From a virus (Duplodnaviria; Caudoviricetes): a stretch of 63,449 nucleotides of DNA. How positions within the stretch are numbered: the first letter of the stretch is position 1; every line of letters starts with the position of its first letter. The translations under genes were made by a program, and so were the position numbers. Shown here in pieces: positions 38,814 to 48,209 of this stretch. The notes below the pieces were generated by a model. The model saw only the letters and a program-made list of their open reading frames with translations. It was not told where the DNA came from and ran no database searches. The stretch is taken from positions 1 to 63,449 of IMG/VR virus record IMGVR_UViG_3300009161_000047; one strand, written 5' to 3'.

Positions 38814-41800
38814 AAGTTTAGCTAAATTAATAGATATTGTAAATAAGAATTCGTCTTCCAATTTGAAGAATGTTGAATCTATTTCTAACGATATATCTTC
38901 CCTCAAAGATCTTCTGATCGAAGATCGAGCTCTTAATGCAAAATTAAGAAAACAGAGATCGTCAGAAAATAAAAACGCCAAGATATTATCAGATGATTTA
39001 GATGAAATTCGTTCTAAGAGAAACAAAATCGATTCTGAAATTGCATCTCTTCTGAACGAAGAAAAGACACTACAAAAAAATCAACAAAAAGCAGACAAGA
39101 AAAAAGAAGATGAAGATTCAACATATTACAGTAAACTTGGAGATAAGGAACTACAATCCGGAAATCTAGTTAGTGGATTGTTATTTTCGTTTCTGGGAAG
39201 AAATGAGAAAAATCAAGAAGAAATAGAAAAAGAGAATAAACAAGCCGATAGTGATGAGAGACGGAAGAGATTAGATTATCTAGAGAATGAGAAGAATGAT
39301 AATGCAAAAGAAAGACAATCTCGAGTTAATGAATTTAAGAAGCAGACAAAAACCAAATCTCCTGTTAATACAACCGTAGCAACACCAGAAAAAACCAAAG
39401 TAACTCCAGATCCTGGTGTAGTAGATCAAAAATATTCGCAAAGAGATGCGGAGATCATATCTCCATCACCAATTGTAATACAAAATATCATAGATCCTGT
39501 AACTGTTGAAATTTCAAAAATAAGCGAAAAATGTTTATCTGATTTAGCAAAAGTGTTCGCTTCTTCTGGGGGATCTGGCTCTGGATCTGGTTTTGATATT
39601 CCGGACTTTGACATGCCTGATCGGCGAGGTAAACCCAACACAGGCCGGGGTCGAGGCCGAGGTCCAAGCCGAGGTCCAAGCCGAGGTCCAAGCCGAGGTC
39701 CAACAGGACGTCTCGGTGTACCCAGGGTCGGTGGTTCTCCAGGATTTTTTGCAAAAGGTCTTGGATATCTATCCAAAATTCCTGGAGTTACCAGGTTGGC
39801 GGGGATTTTGCCTGGCTTGGCAGGTGCTGGTGCAGCTGGCGCTGGTGTGGCGGGTGCTGGTGCGGCTGGTGCGGCGAAGTTGGGGGCGGGAGGAGCCCTC
39901 AAAGTTGGTGCGAGACTATTAGGAAAAGCCGCCCTGCCACTGACAATTGCTATGGCTGCTTTTAATGGCTATCAAGGTGCCACTGACGAAGGTGTCAATA
40001 GTACATTATCATCAAGAGAGGGAAGAGAAAACGAACCAATTACTGCAACAGAGAGACTGAGATCTGGGAGATCAAGTATACTTTCTGGATTAACAGGTGG
40101 GCTTATCCCAGCGAAAGCTATTGCTGATGCATTCGAATCGCCACTCGGTCAATTAGTAGAAATATTTGATCCATTCACATTACTTGCTAAGGGTTTAGAA
40201 AAAATGTTACCTGGTTTGGATAAGTTGAAAGACTTGGCCAAAAATGTCGGAGGAGTGATTAGTGATGGATTTAAGGGTGCAGCGAAATTCTTTGGATTTA
40301 CAGGAAACGAAACAGTTAATCCAGTAGATCCACTAGTGATGACTGCAGAAAAACAGAAAAATGCTGATCTGTTGACAGAACAGATGAAGAAAAGAGGATT
40401 TAACGATAAACAAATAGCTGCTGGTCTAGGAGTTACAGCTAAAGAATCCGGTCTGGTATCTAAGAGTGAAAACTTAGATTATGCTAACACAGATAACACA
40501 CGTATAAGACAACTCTTTGGAAACCGAGTCGCTGGAAAAACTGATGAAGAATTAAATACCATCAAGAAAGATCCCGAGAAGATGGGCGAGACGATGTATG
40601 GTAAAGATACTGATATTGGCAAAGGGATGGGCAACACCGAGGTCGGCGATGGATGGAAATATCGAGGCCGTGGATTTATTCAATTAACTGGTAAGACCAA
40701 TTATGCTGCTGCCAGCAAGGCAATATTTGGCGACGATACATTGGTCCAAAATCCTGACCGAGCCAACGAACCGGCAATTGCGGCTGAGATTTCTGCATGG
40801 TATCTTGATAAACGTGGTAAAGACATGGCTGGCAAGATGGGAGTGGATCTGGCTGCAGCTTCTCAGGAAGATGTTAACAGAGTCATGGTCAGTGCAGTTG
40901 CAGGCTCTGAGGTGAAAGCAGGACAAGGAATCACAGGAACAGAAGGTTTAGCTAAAACTGATGCATATGCGAAACAGTTTGGTGGAGATACTGTAAATCG
41001 TTTCGGGGCTGCGGGAGCAGCGAAACCCTCAATGGCGGCAAAAGCACCATTCGGTGCTGGAGGAGATTCGGGTGGAGGTGGTGCTTCGGATAGTTTCGGT
41101 GAACAAGCTGGAGGAAATTATAATGCAAAACAACTATCTGACAGTGGATTGAAATTAAGAGGATATGGAGATGTTCAGGCTGCTGGTGCGTATTTAGATG
41201 AAAATTTAGTAAATCTATCGAAACAATTACCAAGTATTGTTGATGCGGAAAAAATCGCTGGTAAACCTGGAGAAGATCCTCTTGAATTTGTAAACATTAG
41301 TGGTCTCAATGATGCATATCATAAAACATTACCATACAAATCGCAACACACAGAAGGCAAAGCAGTTGATTTCACATTAAATAGAAGACCGACTAAAGAA
41401 GAAGGGGAAAAGTTGGTGGCCCTTCTAAAGAAAAAAGGATTCAGTAAAGTAATAGATGAATATAATTATCCTTCTGGGGCAGCAACAGGTAACGGACACA
41501 TTCATGCTGAAGTAGCTGGTACTTCTTCTGATAAGTCATCTGCACCATCAGCAGTTGCTCCTGCGGGTGCACCACCAACTCCGGGTGCACCGGAGATGGT
41601 TGGAAAAGCACCATTCGGTGCTGGAGGAGATTCGGGTGGAGGTGGTGCGTCAGATAGTTGGGGTGAACCTGCGGGAACTGTTACACCAGCAACTAAAGAA
41701 ACTGCTGTCGGGGCGGTGGCTACAGTGGCACCATCATTAATGGCATATCAAGAGCAGACACCGATTGCGCCGACAGTTGCCAAGACGACAGTGCCTACTG

Positions 41801-42027
41801 AAGTCGCGATGCCTAACGACACCGGTGTAAAACAATTTGTCGCATCAAAACAAGAAAAGGTCGGCGCAGAAGAAGCCGGGAGTGCCGCTGGACCAACTGT
41901 TATCAATGCCCCACAAAATAGTACGGTGAATAATTCTCAAGCTGCTTCTAATAAGAATGTTAGAGAAAAACCAGCATGCCCATCCAATACATTTGCAAAC
42001 ATTTACAATAAACTAGTTTGGGTTTAG
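38797..42027 (+). CDS. Tape-measure/hub protein (gp29-like) with GH19 lysozyme and M15-like peptidase domains
   Basis: Coiled-coil N-terminus; Gly/Ala hydrophobic segment; GH19 signature 'MGN.E.GDGWKYRGRGFIQLTGK.NY'; 'SQHTEGKAVDF...GHIH' Zn-peptidase pattern; follows gp26/gp51. Confidence 0.75.
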   Translation: MPKTNKSLAKLIDIVNKNSSSNLKNVESISNDISSLKDLLIEDRALNAKLRKQRSSENKNAKILSDDLDEIRSKRNKIDSEIASLLNEEKTLQKNQQKADKKKEDEDSTYYSKLGDKELQSGNLVSGLLFSFLGRNEKNQEEIEKENKQADSDERRKRLDYLENEKNDNAKERQSRVNEFKKQTKTKSPVNTTVATPEKTKVTPDPGVVDQKYSQRDAEIISPSPIVIQNIIDPVTVEISKISEKCLSDLAKVFASSGGSGSGSGFDIPDFDMPDRRGKPNTGRGRGRGPSRGPSRGPSRGPTGRLGVPRVGGSPGFFAKGLGYLSKIPGVTRLAGILPGLAGAGAAGAGVAGAGAAGAAKLGAGGALKVGARLLGKAALPLTIAMAAFNGYQGATDEGVNSTLSSREGRENEPITATERLRSGRSSILSGLTGGLIPAKAIADAFESPLGQLVEIFDPFTLLAKGLEKMLPGLDKLKDLAKNVGGVISDGFKGAAKFFGFTGNETVNPVDPLVMTAEKQKNADLLTEQMKKRGFNDKQIAAGLGVTAKESGLVSKSENLDYANTDNTRIRQLFGNRVAGKTDEELNTIKKDPEKMGETMYGKDTDIGKGMGNTEVGDGWKYRGRGFIQLTGKTNYAAASKAIFGDDTLVQNPDRANEPAIAAEISAWYLDKRGKDMAGKMGVDLAAASQEDVNRVMVSAVAGSEVKAGQGITGTEGLAKTDAYAKQFGGDTVNRFGAAGAAKPSMAAKAPFGAGGDSGGGGASDSFGEQAGGNYNAKQLSDSGLKLRGYGDVQAAGAYLDENLVNLSKQLPSIVDAEKIAGKPGEDPLEFVNISGLNDAYHKTLPYKSQHTEGKAVDFTLNRRPTKEEGEKLVALLKKKGFSKVIDEYNYPSGAATGNGHIHAEVAGTSSDKSSAPSAVAPAGAPPTPGAPEMVGKAPFGAGGDSGGGGASDSWGEPAGTVTPATKETAVGAVATVAPSLMAYQEQTPIAPTVAKTTVPTEVAMPNDTGVKQFVASKQEKVGAEEAGSAAGPTVINAPQNSTVNNSQAASNKNVREKPACPSNTFANIYNKLVWV

Positions 42028-43364
42028 AAGAAAGCGTCTAATGTTGCTTTAGGTATAAGGCGATCGATGAAACCGAAATGTCCGCACCAAATGTCATCGA
42101 TCGTCTCTTTAACTTTTGTATTTGTAAGTGAGTCAAAATCTTGATTGGGTGCAGCCACAAGGGATAAGTATGCCTTTGCTACCTCAGTTCTCGAGAATAA
42201 AGTGTCAACTAGTGTGTAATTTGTTTCGACAATCTTCATGTAATCTTTCTCAGACATCTTCATAAAGCCTTTGATATATTCTGCAAAAGACCTTGGTGTT
42301 GCGTCATAAGGTATCATAAGATAATTTTCATTTGGGCGAATAATATCAGAGATCCCTTCTAAATTATCAGAAACACCTAAATTTCTTGCAATAGGAACAA
42401 CACCAACACGCATTGCATCTACAATTACTCTATTGAAATGTGATCCATATGTTCTAGACCATGACGTATCTATTAGAAATTTAGATTCAGAAAGAATAGA
42501 ATCTCGGGTCTCTTCAGAAATGAAACCTTTATATTCCATTCCATTATCTAGAGCATTATCCCAAATCCTATTACCCATCCATTCTGGTTTAGCATCTGGA
42601 TCACGATCCGGTGTACAAAAATACTCTTCCTTACATTTATCCTTTGAAGTCATGTATGCACGTTCAATACCATCACCTGCAATAATTACTTTCGCATATG
42701 AAGACATATGCGGAATAGCTGCAACTAAATCGTCAACTCTTTTCCATCGTTTAAAAGTTTGAAGTGATAGAAGCTGATTCTTTCTTGAAGAGAATGATAC
42801 ACCAGTTCTTTCGATGCTCTTCTGTGGATTAACAATCAGAGCTCTTGGAATTTCCATATTTTTAGCAGAGAGAAATGCGCTAGGGTGCACACAAGCTAAT
42901 CCTGAAATATGATCTTTTAATTTAAAAATCCAGGGATAATATTTAAGGAGATTACCGTCATGCACAATCACGATTTGTTTCACTCTAGTATCCAAATTTG
43001 TGATCATCTTAACCCATTCGGTCTCGCCGATTGTTTCTTCACATTTAAAACCAAAAATAGATTCCCAAATAACTAGATCACAGGTATTTGCTTCTTTCAC
43101 GAAGGAATCGATATATTCAGAAGAAAGAAATGGGGCATAAGGAACACCCCATCCGGATCCTTGATGGATAGGAAAACCAGATCCTTCTCCTGTTGTGTAA
43201 TCACTCAGATCTTTTGTACGTTTACCAGGAGCTGTCTTCGACGCCTTAACACAAACAAGACTAACTTCATGGCCCAGATCTTTGAATCCGGCCATGAGCT
43301 GTTCTGTGTGATTGACGATCCCACCATAATTATTGAAGTCATGAACGACACATAGGATTTTCAT
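42024..43364 (-). CDS. GT-B glycosyltransferase, probable DNA glycosyltransferase
   Basis: N-terminal 'MKIL.V......GG...H...L..GF..LGHEV', 'RWKRVDDLV.A', 'IAGDG', 'GFISE', 'DAMR.G.VPI'. Directly downstream of the TET/JBP gene. Confidence 0.8.
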   Translation of the reverse strand: MKILCVVHDFNNYGGIVNHTEQLMAGFKDLGHEVSLVCVKASKTAPGKRTKDLSDYTTGEGSGFPIHQGSGWGVPYAPFLSSEYIDSFVKEANTCDLVIWESIFGFKCEETIGETEWVKMITNLDTRVKQIVIVHDGNLLKYYPWIFKLKDHISGLACVHPSAFLSAKNMEIPRALIVNPQKSIERTGVSFSSRKNQLLSLQTFKRWKRVDDLVAAIPHMSSYAKVIIAGDGIERAYMTSKDKCKEEYFCTPDRDPDAKPEWMGNRIWDNALDNGMEYKGFISEETRDSILSESKFLIDTSWSRTYGSHFNRVIVDAMRVGVVPIARNLGVSDNLEGISDIIRPNENYLMIPYDATPRSFAEYIKGFMKMSEKDYMKIVETNYTLVDTLFSRTEVAKAYLSLVAAPNQDFDSLTNTKVKETIDDIWCGHFGFIDRLIPKATLDAFF

Positions 43365-43372
43365 AATAGTCC

Positions 43373-44683
43373 TTAAATATCCAGAACTGCGGTCTTATTA
43401 CCATAAATTGTATCTTCAATTTCAGCAGCATATTCGTGTAATCCGTTATCTACCAGATACTTGTACCAATTTTCACTTTCCCACATGCCTGCAGAAACAC
43501 CGTTCCATCGATCATACCATAATGGATGGTTTTTATTTGTCCGACGATATTCGACGAAATTAAATCTAGTGTCTTCATAAAGCTTAGATCTACAATCTAA
43601 CATCTTTTCACGCATATAACAAACAATTGAGATTCGTTCATGTAAACCAGATTCAGAAGAGATAGGTGTATTCCCATGAATCGAATGAATATCCATTGCT
43701 AAGAAATCACCAGGCTTTACAGAGATAGCGATGCGATACTCCGGGAAGATTAGATAACATCCATCCCAATCCACACCATTATAGGTTGTTGATAAGTTTC
43801 CGAATCCACCTCGAAAATCTCCCGCATCCCTATGCGCAGCAGTACGATAATTCTTATTAACAGTTACTGTGGTGTAATTTGAATTACCAATTCTGAATGC
43901 TGGATCAATATGATCCATAGCAGCTTTCTGAACTTCATATCTGCCAGGAACCAACTCTTTGAATTGTTCTGATACAGCTTCAATGAAGGGAATAGCTTTT
44001 TCAAATTTGTCTTTATTATTGGCAGTGTAAGAAGTTAATCTACAGTACGGAATACGTGGATATTTGTCGAAAGAACCAGCAATCCCAGAAAGAACTGGAT
44101 TAGCATAAGAAGTATCTGAGATCCAATCATTAATAATTTCTACCTCTTTGATCCGTTCTTCGTATGAGAGTTTAGTAGTCTTCTGTACCCATGAATCGAA
44201 GTCGAAATCGGCAGGTCGTTTAAGTGTTAACCAGACCCTTCCTCTGGCAGAAACTTCTTCTGGATTCTTTTTAGATTTCGTGTAAGCTGTTTCGATAGGA
44301 TCTTCAGAAGTAACTGTATTCATTGACCCAGAAAGAACATCAATCAAAGATTCTTGAAGAGTGGTCACCCAATCTCTTCCTGTAGAGCGATCTGTTCTTG
44401 GTCCTGCGGCAAGACCACGATTTTGTGATTCACCAGCTGCTTCTTTTAATCCTTCATAAGCCATCCGAACTAGTTCTGGGGAAAATACAGCCTTCCTGAA
44501 TTTAAGAAGTAAATTGTGTTCTCCGTTTGTGACGGGATTACCTTCAGAATCGATCAGTTTATCTAATGGCTTATACACATCACATTCTTCTGTGATCACA
44601 TAATCGTAATGACTCTCATCAAGGAACTGACCCAACAGATTCTCACACGGATATTTTTTCTCTAAATATTTAATGTCAATCAT
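43373..44683 (-). CDS. TET/JBP-family 2OG-Fe(II) dioxygenase (5-methylpyrimidine oxygenase)
   Basis: 'CRLTSYT', 'TTVTVNKNYRTAAHRDAGD' (HxD), 'L.FPEY.......GD.L.MD.H..HGNT' (distal His), 'RISIVCY.RE' (2OG-binding Arg). Confidence 0.88.
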   Translation of the reverse strand: MIDIKYLEKKYPCENLLGQFLDESHYDYVITEECDVYKPLDKLIDSEGNPVTNGEHNLLLKFRKAVFSPELVRMAYEGLKEAAGESQNRGLAAGPRTDRSTGRDWVTTLQESLIDVLSGSMNTVTSEDPIETAYTKSKKNPEEVSARGRVWLTLKRPADFDFDSWVQKTTKLSYEERIKEVEIINDWISDTSYANPVLSGIAGSFDKYPRIPYCRLTSYTANNKDKFEKAIPFIEAVSEQFKELVPGRYEVQKAAMDHIDPAFRIGNSNYTTVTVNKNYRTAAHRDAGDFRGGFGNLSTTYNGVDWDGCYLIFPEYRIAISVKPGDFLAMDIHSIHGNTPISSESGLHERISIVCYMREKMLDCRSKLYEDTRFNFVEYRRTNKNHPLWYDRWNGVSAGMWESENWYKYLVDNGLHEYAAEIEDTIYGNKTAVLDI

Positions 44684-44697
44684 TATGCCTCAATTAT

Positions 44698-44726
44698 ATT
44701 ATACCTTAAAAATGTTTGTGTGGCAA
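44698..44726 (-). promoter_or_regulatory. Sigma70-type promoter for the TET-glycosyltransferase operon
   Basis: TTGCCA-17 bp-TATAAT, then a GAGG RBS before ATG 44683. Confidence 0.7.
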
Positions 44727-44771
44727 GCTTAAACTCACCACACATACAGTTATTTAGATTCCGAAAATACA

Positions 44772-45284
44772 TCAATCAATTTCTGGAATTTCCCAGTCGC
44801 CGGATTCAGTTTTGCATTTAGTGATTTTCGCTTTCTTTTCTTCGCCATCAATAGTCACTTTAATATCAAAATCTTTGCATTGAATCTTCTGATCTTTCTG
44901 ATCTTGATACACAATCACTTTATCTTTATTCTTAGTAGATCTGCCAATCGCGAATCCTAAAATACCAACTCCTAAACCAATAGCAGTCGCAGCACCAGTA
45001 GAAATTCCTCGTCCTGAACGATTGTAGTTATTGTAAACAGGATATCTGTTATAATTGTTATACACAGGATATCTGTTATAATTGTTATACACAGGATATC
45101 TGTTATAATTGGGACGATTATTATAATGTTGAGTTGGATACCTGTCTCTACTTGGACGATTGTATTGAGTGGGATACCTGTGTTGATGATTATTATTATT
45201 TGAAGGAAATCTGCGCCAGCCTTCTGCGAAAAGATTACACGCAAATACCAACAGTAAACTACAACTTAGAAGCTTCTTGAACAT
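44772..45284 (-). CDS. Secreted/membrane protein with Asn/Tyr/Arg low-complexity repeats and glycine-zipper helix
   Basis: Signal peptide MFKKLLSCSLLLVFACNLFA; YNNYNRYPV repeats (27-bp unit, about 45020-45110); GAATAIGLGVGILGFAIG. Confidence 0.7.
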   Translation of the reverse strand: MFKKLLSCSLLLVFACNLFAEGWRRFPSNNNNHQHRYPTQYNRPSRDRYPTQHYNNRPNYNRYPVYNNYNRYPVYNNYNRYPVYNNYNRSGRGISTGAATAIGLGVGILGFAIGRSTKNKDKVIVYQDQKDQKIQCKDFDIKVTIDGEEKKAKITKCKTESGDWEIPEID

Positions 45285-45576
45285 AATTTTGTACTTCCTT
45301 TTTGGTCAGAATCGTCACATCCAAAATATTTTCTACTAGAAAAGATCTGTATGCCATCTTATTTAGGTCGAATGCAGAAATGATATAAGAATTTTGTGAA
45401 CGAACCTTATCTGTTTTCTTTTCATACACAGGCATTAATGCTGGATTAGATGTACAAGTCATCACCCTGATGGCACCATCTTTTTTAACAAAGGATACTA
45501 CACAAACATTTTCAGCCAAGTTCTTAACGATCGTGTTTCTGTACGCAATCATTTCTTCTACAGTATTAAATTTCAT
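45259..45576 (-). CDS. WYL_2/SH3-like beta-barrel phage protein
   Basis: 'V.F.KKDG..R.M.CT.N...P', 'FDL....YRSF' pattern. Start set at ATG 45576. Confidence 0.7.
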   Translation of the reverse strand: MKFNTVEEMIAYRNTIVKNLAENVCVVSFVKKDGAIRVMTCTSNPALMPVYEKKTDKVRSQNSYIISAFDLNKMAYRSFLVENILDVTILTKKEVQNYVQEASKL

Positions 45577-45886
45577 TGATACCTTCCTCACATTCTGTCA
45601 ATAATTGGCTTTTGTTTTTTTCTGACGAATTCTTATGATTTAAATGAATTAGAAGAATAATATTATGCACAGCTTTATATAAATCTTTCTGATTCCTGCC
45701 GTCTTTCTTACCGTATCTTGCAAGATACTCGATTGCATTAGAAATAAATGCACCTTCGCCGTGACCGATTGACAGAATCAAATCGTTTACTTGTAAGTTA
45801 TTTCCGGAAGCATAATGCTGATTATATGTGGATCCGATATACTTCTCAATATCTTTAAGAATCTCTGTTTCATTATATTTAAACAT
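45566..45886 (-). CDS. DUF3310/gp61.1-like conserved phage protein
   Basis: 'KYNE..IL..I..YI.STY.QHY', 'GHG.G....NAI.Y..RYGKK.G....DL.KA.H'. Confidence 0.75.
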   Translation of the reverse strand: MFKYNETEILKDIEKYIGSTYNQHYASGNNLQVNDLILSIGHGEGAFISNAIEYLARYGKKDGRNQKDLYKAVHNIILLIHLNHKNSSEKNKSQLLTECEEGINEI

Positions 45887-46097
45887 TCGCGATTCCTTTT
45901 AAGTGGATCCGCTCATCTTGATAATGTCCTTTCCAGGAACGAACCCAAGCAGGTACAGAATGAATAGCCGAATTTTGAATCGCCTCGGCTTCGACGAAAA
46001 ATTTGCCAATCCAGTAAAATGTGGTATAATTTGTGGTGATACCTACAATTACATGCACGATAAAAAACGCTGACAGAAAACCAGTAAAAATATTCAT
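45879..46097 (-). CDS. Small membrane protein
   Basis: Hydrophobic N-terminal helix; own promoter 8 nt upstream; overlaps the next gene start. Confidence 0.6.
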   Translation of the reverse strand: MNIFTGFLSAFFIVHVIVGITTNYTTFYWIGKFFVEAEAIQNSAIHSVPAWVRSWKGHYQDERIHLKGIANV

Positions 46098-46105
46098 ATA
46101 CTATT

Positions 46106-46134
46106 ATTATACCTTTTCCACACAATTATGTCAA
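46106..46134 (-). promoter_or_regulatory. Early sigma70 promoter, leaderless type
   Basis: TTGACA-17-TATAAT-8 nt-ATG(46097). Confidence 0.8.
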
Positions 46135-46157
46135 GATCTTTTTTTCAAATAATTTAG

Positions 46158-46181
46158 ACTGGGGAGGCTGTCCTCCCCAGT
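46158..46181 (-). terminator. Terminator hairpin
   Basis: actggggagg-ctgt-cctccccagt directly after the stop of the 339-aa gene. Confidence 0.7.
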
Positions 46182-46191
46182 CTAGTGGTTT

Positions 46192-47211
46192 CTAGAAAAC
46201 AGGAATCGTAGTGAAATAAGATTTCTCTTTATTGAATTTCAATCCAAATCCAGTTAATGATGGTCTTGTAGTTTTTACCCTAACAGAACCAATTTTCGAT
46301 TTTGTTTGTGGGAACATTATATCTAATGTTAATGAAGTTTGGCCTTTCGCAGGAATAGATAATTTATCCACATGAATCTGACTACCAAAATTATCATAGA
46401 ATGTGAACGCTACTTCTTGTGGATAATTCAAATAATTAACTAGAGCAAGACCTGTTGAATATGGACCAGAATTATCGAATGGCAGCACAAACTCGTCCTT
46501 ATTGGGAATAGAGCTTGAGATAGTCGCTTCGAATAAATTGTTAGAGTATGTTGATTGTGCAACAACACCCGAACCATATACAGTCTTAATCTCCAGTGAA
46601 CCAGTTTTCAAAGAATTCGGGTCAGACATAACCACATCAGTAGATCCATTTCCAGGAAGTCCTACAGAATATTCTGTCATATAATTACCATTAACAAAGA
46701 ATGGATTATTCGTTCCTGAAGGATCATAAAACTTCAGAGTGACGAGACTCAACCAATTAGATGTGTTAGTTAATTTAACTGTTGTCGTCCAACCACCACC
46801 TGATGCAATATGCGGAATAGTTGGATCTGTTGAAGTGGTGAATGTTCTAGAATCAATTACTGTTAAATTAATCCCAAAAGAAACAGAATAAGCCGGTTGA
46901 AATGTTTGAGTAAATGTCACCGGAATATTATAATTTCCAACAGTTAAACTGTTTCTCACAATAGACATTCTAATAGCCTGGGTTGTTCCAGGTGGAAGAT
47001 ATCCTTGTACTGGCCAAATCAAAACCATCTGTTGATTCGATGGAATCACCGTGTTAAATGCGAATGAAGTCGAATTCGACGACAATGTCACGTCAGGAAC
47101 AGCAACAATTGTGTCCGTTGCTAAATCGAAAGTCACATTCACGCTTGAAGGTGACAAACTGGGCTGTGCAAACAACCCGATACTAAACAAACTCAGTAAA
47201 ACTAATTTCAT
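46192..47211 (-). CDS. Secreted beta-sandwich (BACON/Ig-like) protein resembling Acidobacteria proteins
   Basis: Signal peptide ending 'LFAQ'; 'PHIASGGGWTTT..L.N', 'LPFDN..Y.TGLALVN' motifs recalled from Solibacter/Bryobacter-type proteins. Confidence 0.6.
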   Translation of the reverse strand: MKLVLLSLFSIGLFAQPSLSPSSVNVTFDLATDTIVAVPDVTLSSNSTSFAFNTVIPSNQQMVLIWPVQGYLPPGTTQAIRMSIVRNSLTVGNYNIPVTFTQTFQPAYSVSFGINLTVIDSRTFTTSTDPTIPHIASGGGWTTTVKLTNTSNWLSLVTLKFYDPSGTNNPFFVNGNYMTEYSVGLPGNGSTDVVMSDPNSLKTGSLEIKTVYGSGVVAQSTYSNNLFEATISSSIPNKDEFVLPFDNSGPYSTGLALVNYLNYPQEVAFTFYDNFGSQIHVDKLSIPAKGQTSLTLDIMFPQTKSKIGSVRVKTTRPSLTGFGLKFNKEKSYFTTIPVF

Positions 47212-47235
47212 ATTTCTCCTTAATTGTAAATAAAT

Positions 47236-47763
47236 CTAAACTCCCCATAAATTATCTAAATCTTCTTTTTCTATTAGATCACCATTGGGGATTTCGTCAC
47301 CATAAATTATATATGAGACTTTAGATTGTCTGAACATTTCTATTGTTCTTTTTTCGTGCTCATAATATATTGAGGTCTCACGTCTGAATGCGCCCAAATT
47401 CTTGGGCGACACAATAACATTAGTTATTCCAGATTGAATGATCCCTCTGGCACAATCTACACAAGGAAAATGAGAAACATACATTGTACAACCAGATATA
47501 CATGTACCCATTCTTGCGGCATTGTAGATAGCATTTCTTTCTGCATGTTCTGCCCAATAATATTTTTCTGGTCTTTCCCATTTGTGAGGATCTGATTCGT
47601 CGACTCCTCTAGGAAAACCATTAAATCCTGTAGATCTAATTTCGTGTTCTTTCCCAACAATTATTGCCGAAGTCTTCGTCTTATCTTTCGATTTAATTGC
47701 AATAACATCAAGTAGCTCTACAAAATATTTGTCCCAGGGCATAATACGCAAATCAATTCCCAT
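47236..47763 (-). CDS. cd: dCMP deaminase
   Basis: 'WD.YF.......A.KSKD', 'STGFNGFPRG', 'HAERNAI', 'PCVDCA'. Confidence 0.95.
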   Translation of the reverse strand: MGIDLRIMPWDKYFVELLDVIAIKSKDKTKTSAIIVGKEHEIRSTGFNGFPRGVDESDPHKWERPEKYYWAEHAERNAIYNAARMGTCISGCTMYVSHFPCVDCARGIIQSGITNVIVSPKNLGAFRRETSIYYEHEKRTIEMFRQSKVSYIIYGDEIPNGDLIEKEDLDNLWGV

Positions 47764-47785
47764 TATACAGGTTTACCTTTTCCTT

Positions 47786-48175
47786 TTAGAAGTGAGTAAT
47801 TAGAAGAGATTCGATTCTCGAGAAAGGAATATTATGCCTCATAGGATCTTGCGTATGAGTAACATAATGTTGAGCAATATCTTCACACATTCTCTTTGAT
47901 CCTACTGGATTTAATGAATGGACCATGCAGATTTTACTTGGCCATTTATTATTCTCTTTCATCCAAAGGACAAAATCATAACCAGTTTTGTTAGGAGAAT
48001 GATAATCAGGGTCCATGTTGGCCTGATAATGATCTTCGGCCAAATCATGGTCCAGCCATGCTTCCTCGATATCATTTTCTTGCATTATAATAACAGCTTC
48101 TTCGTAAGACTTGGCGATCTTCCAATCGCCAATAAACGGACAAGGTCTAACATCGTCAAGCCAAAGTTTTTTCAT
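47786..48175 (-). CDS. Cyclic-phosphate-processing receiver-like domain protein
   Basis: 'KLWLDD.RP.P...W...KSYEEA', 'LDHDL', 'TGYDF..W', 'VHS.NPVG'. Start set at ATG 48175. Confidence 0.8.
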   Translation of the reverse strand: MKKLWLDDVRPCPFIGDWKIAKSYEEAVIIMQENDIEEAWLDHDLAEDHYQANMDPDYHSPNKTGYDFVLWMKENNKWPSKICMVHSLNPVGSKRMCEDIAQHYVTHTQDPMRHNIPFSRIESLLITHF

Positions 48176-48209
48176 ATATTTTCCAAAATTATTAAATACC
48201 AAGAGAATT

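Noticed and set aside
39651-39700. 12-bp tandem repeat (ggtccaagccga) as a regulatory repeat
   Set aside because: In-frame low-complexity RGPS linker within the tape-measure protein.
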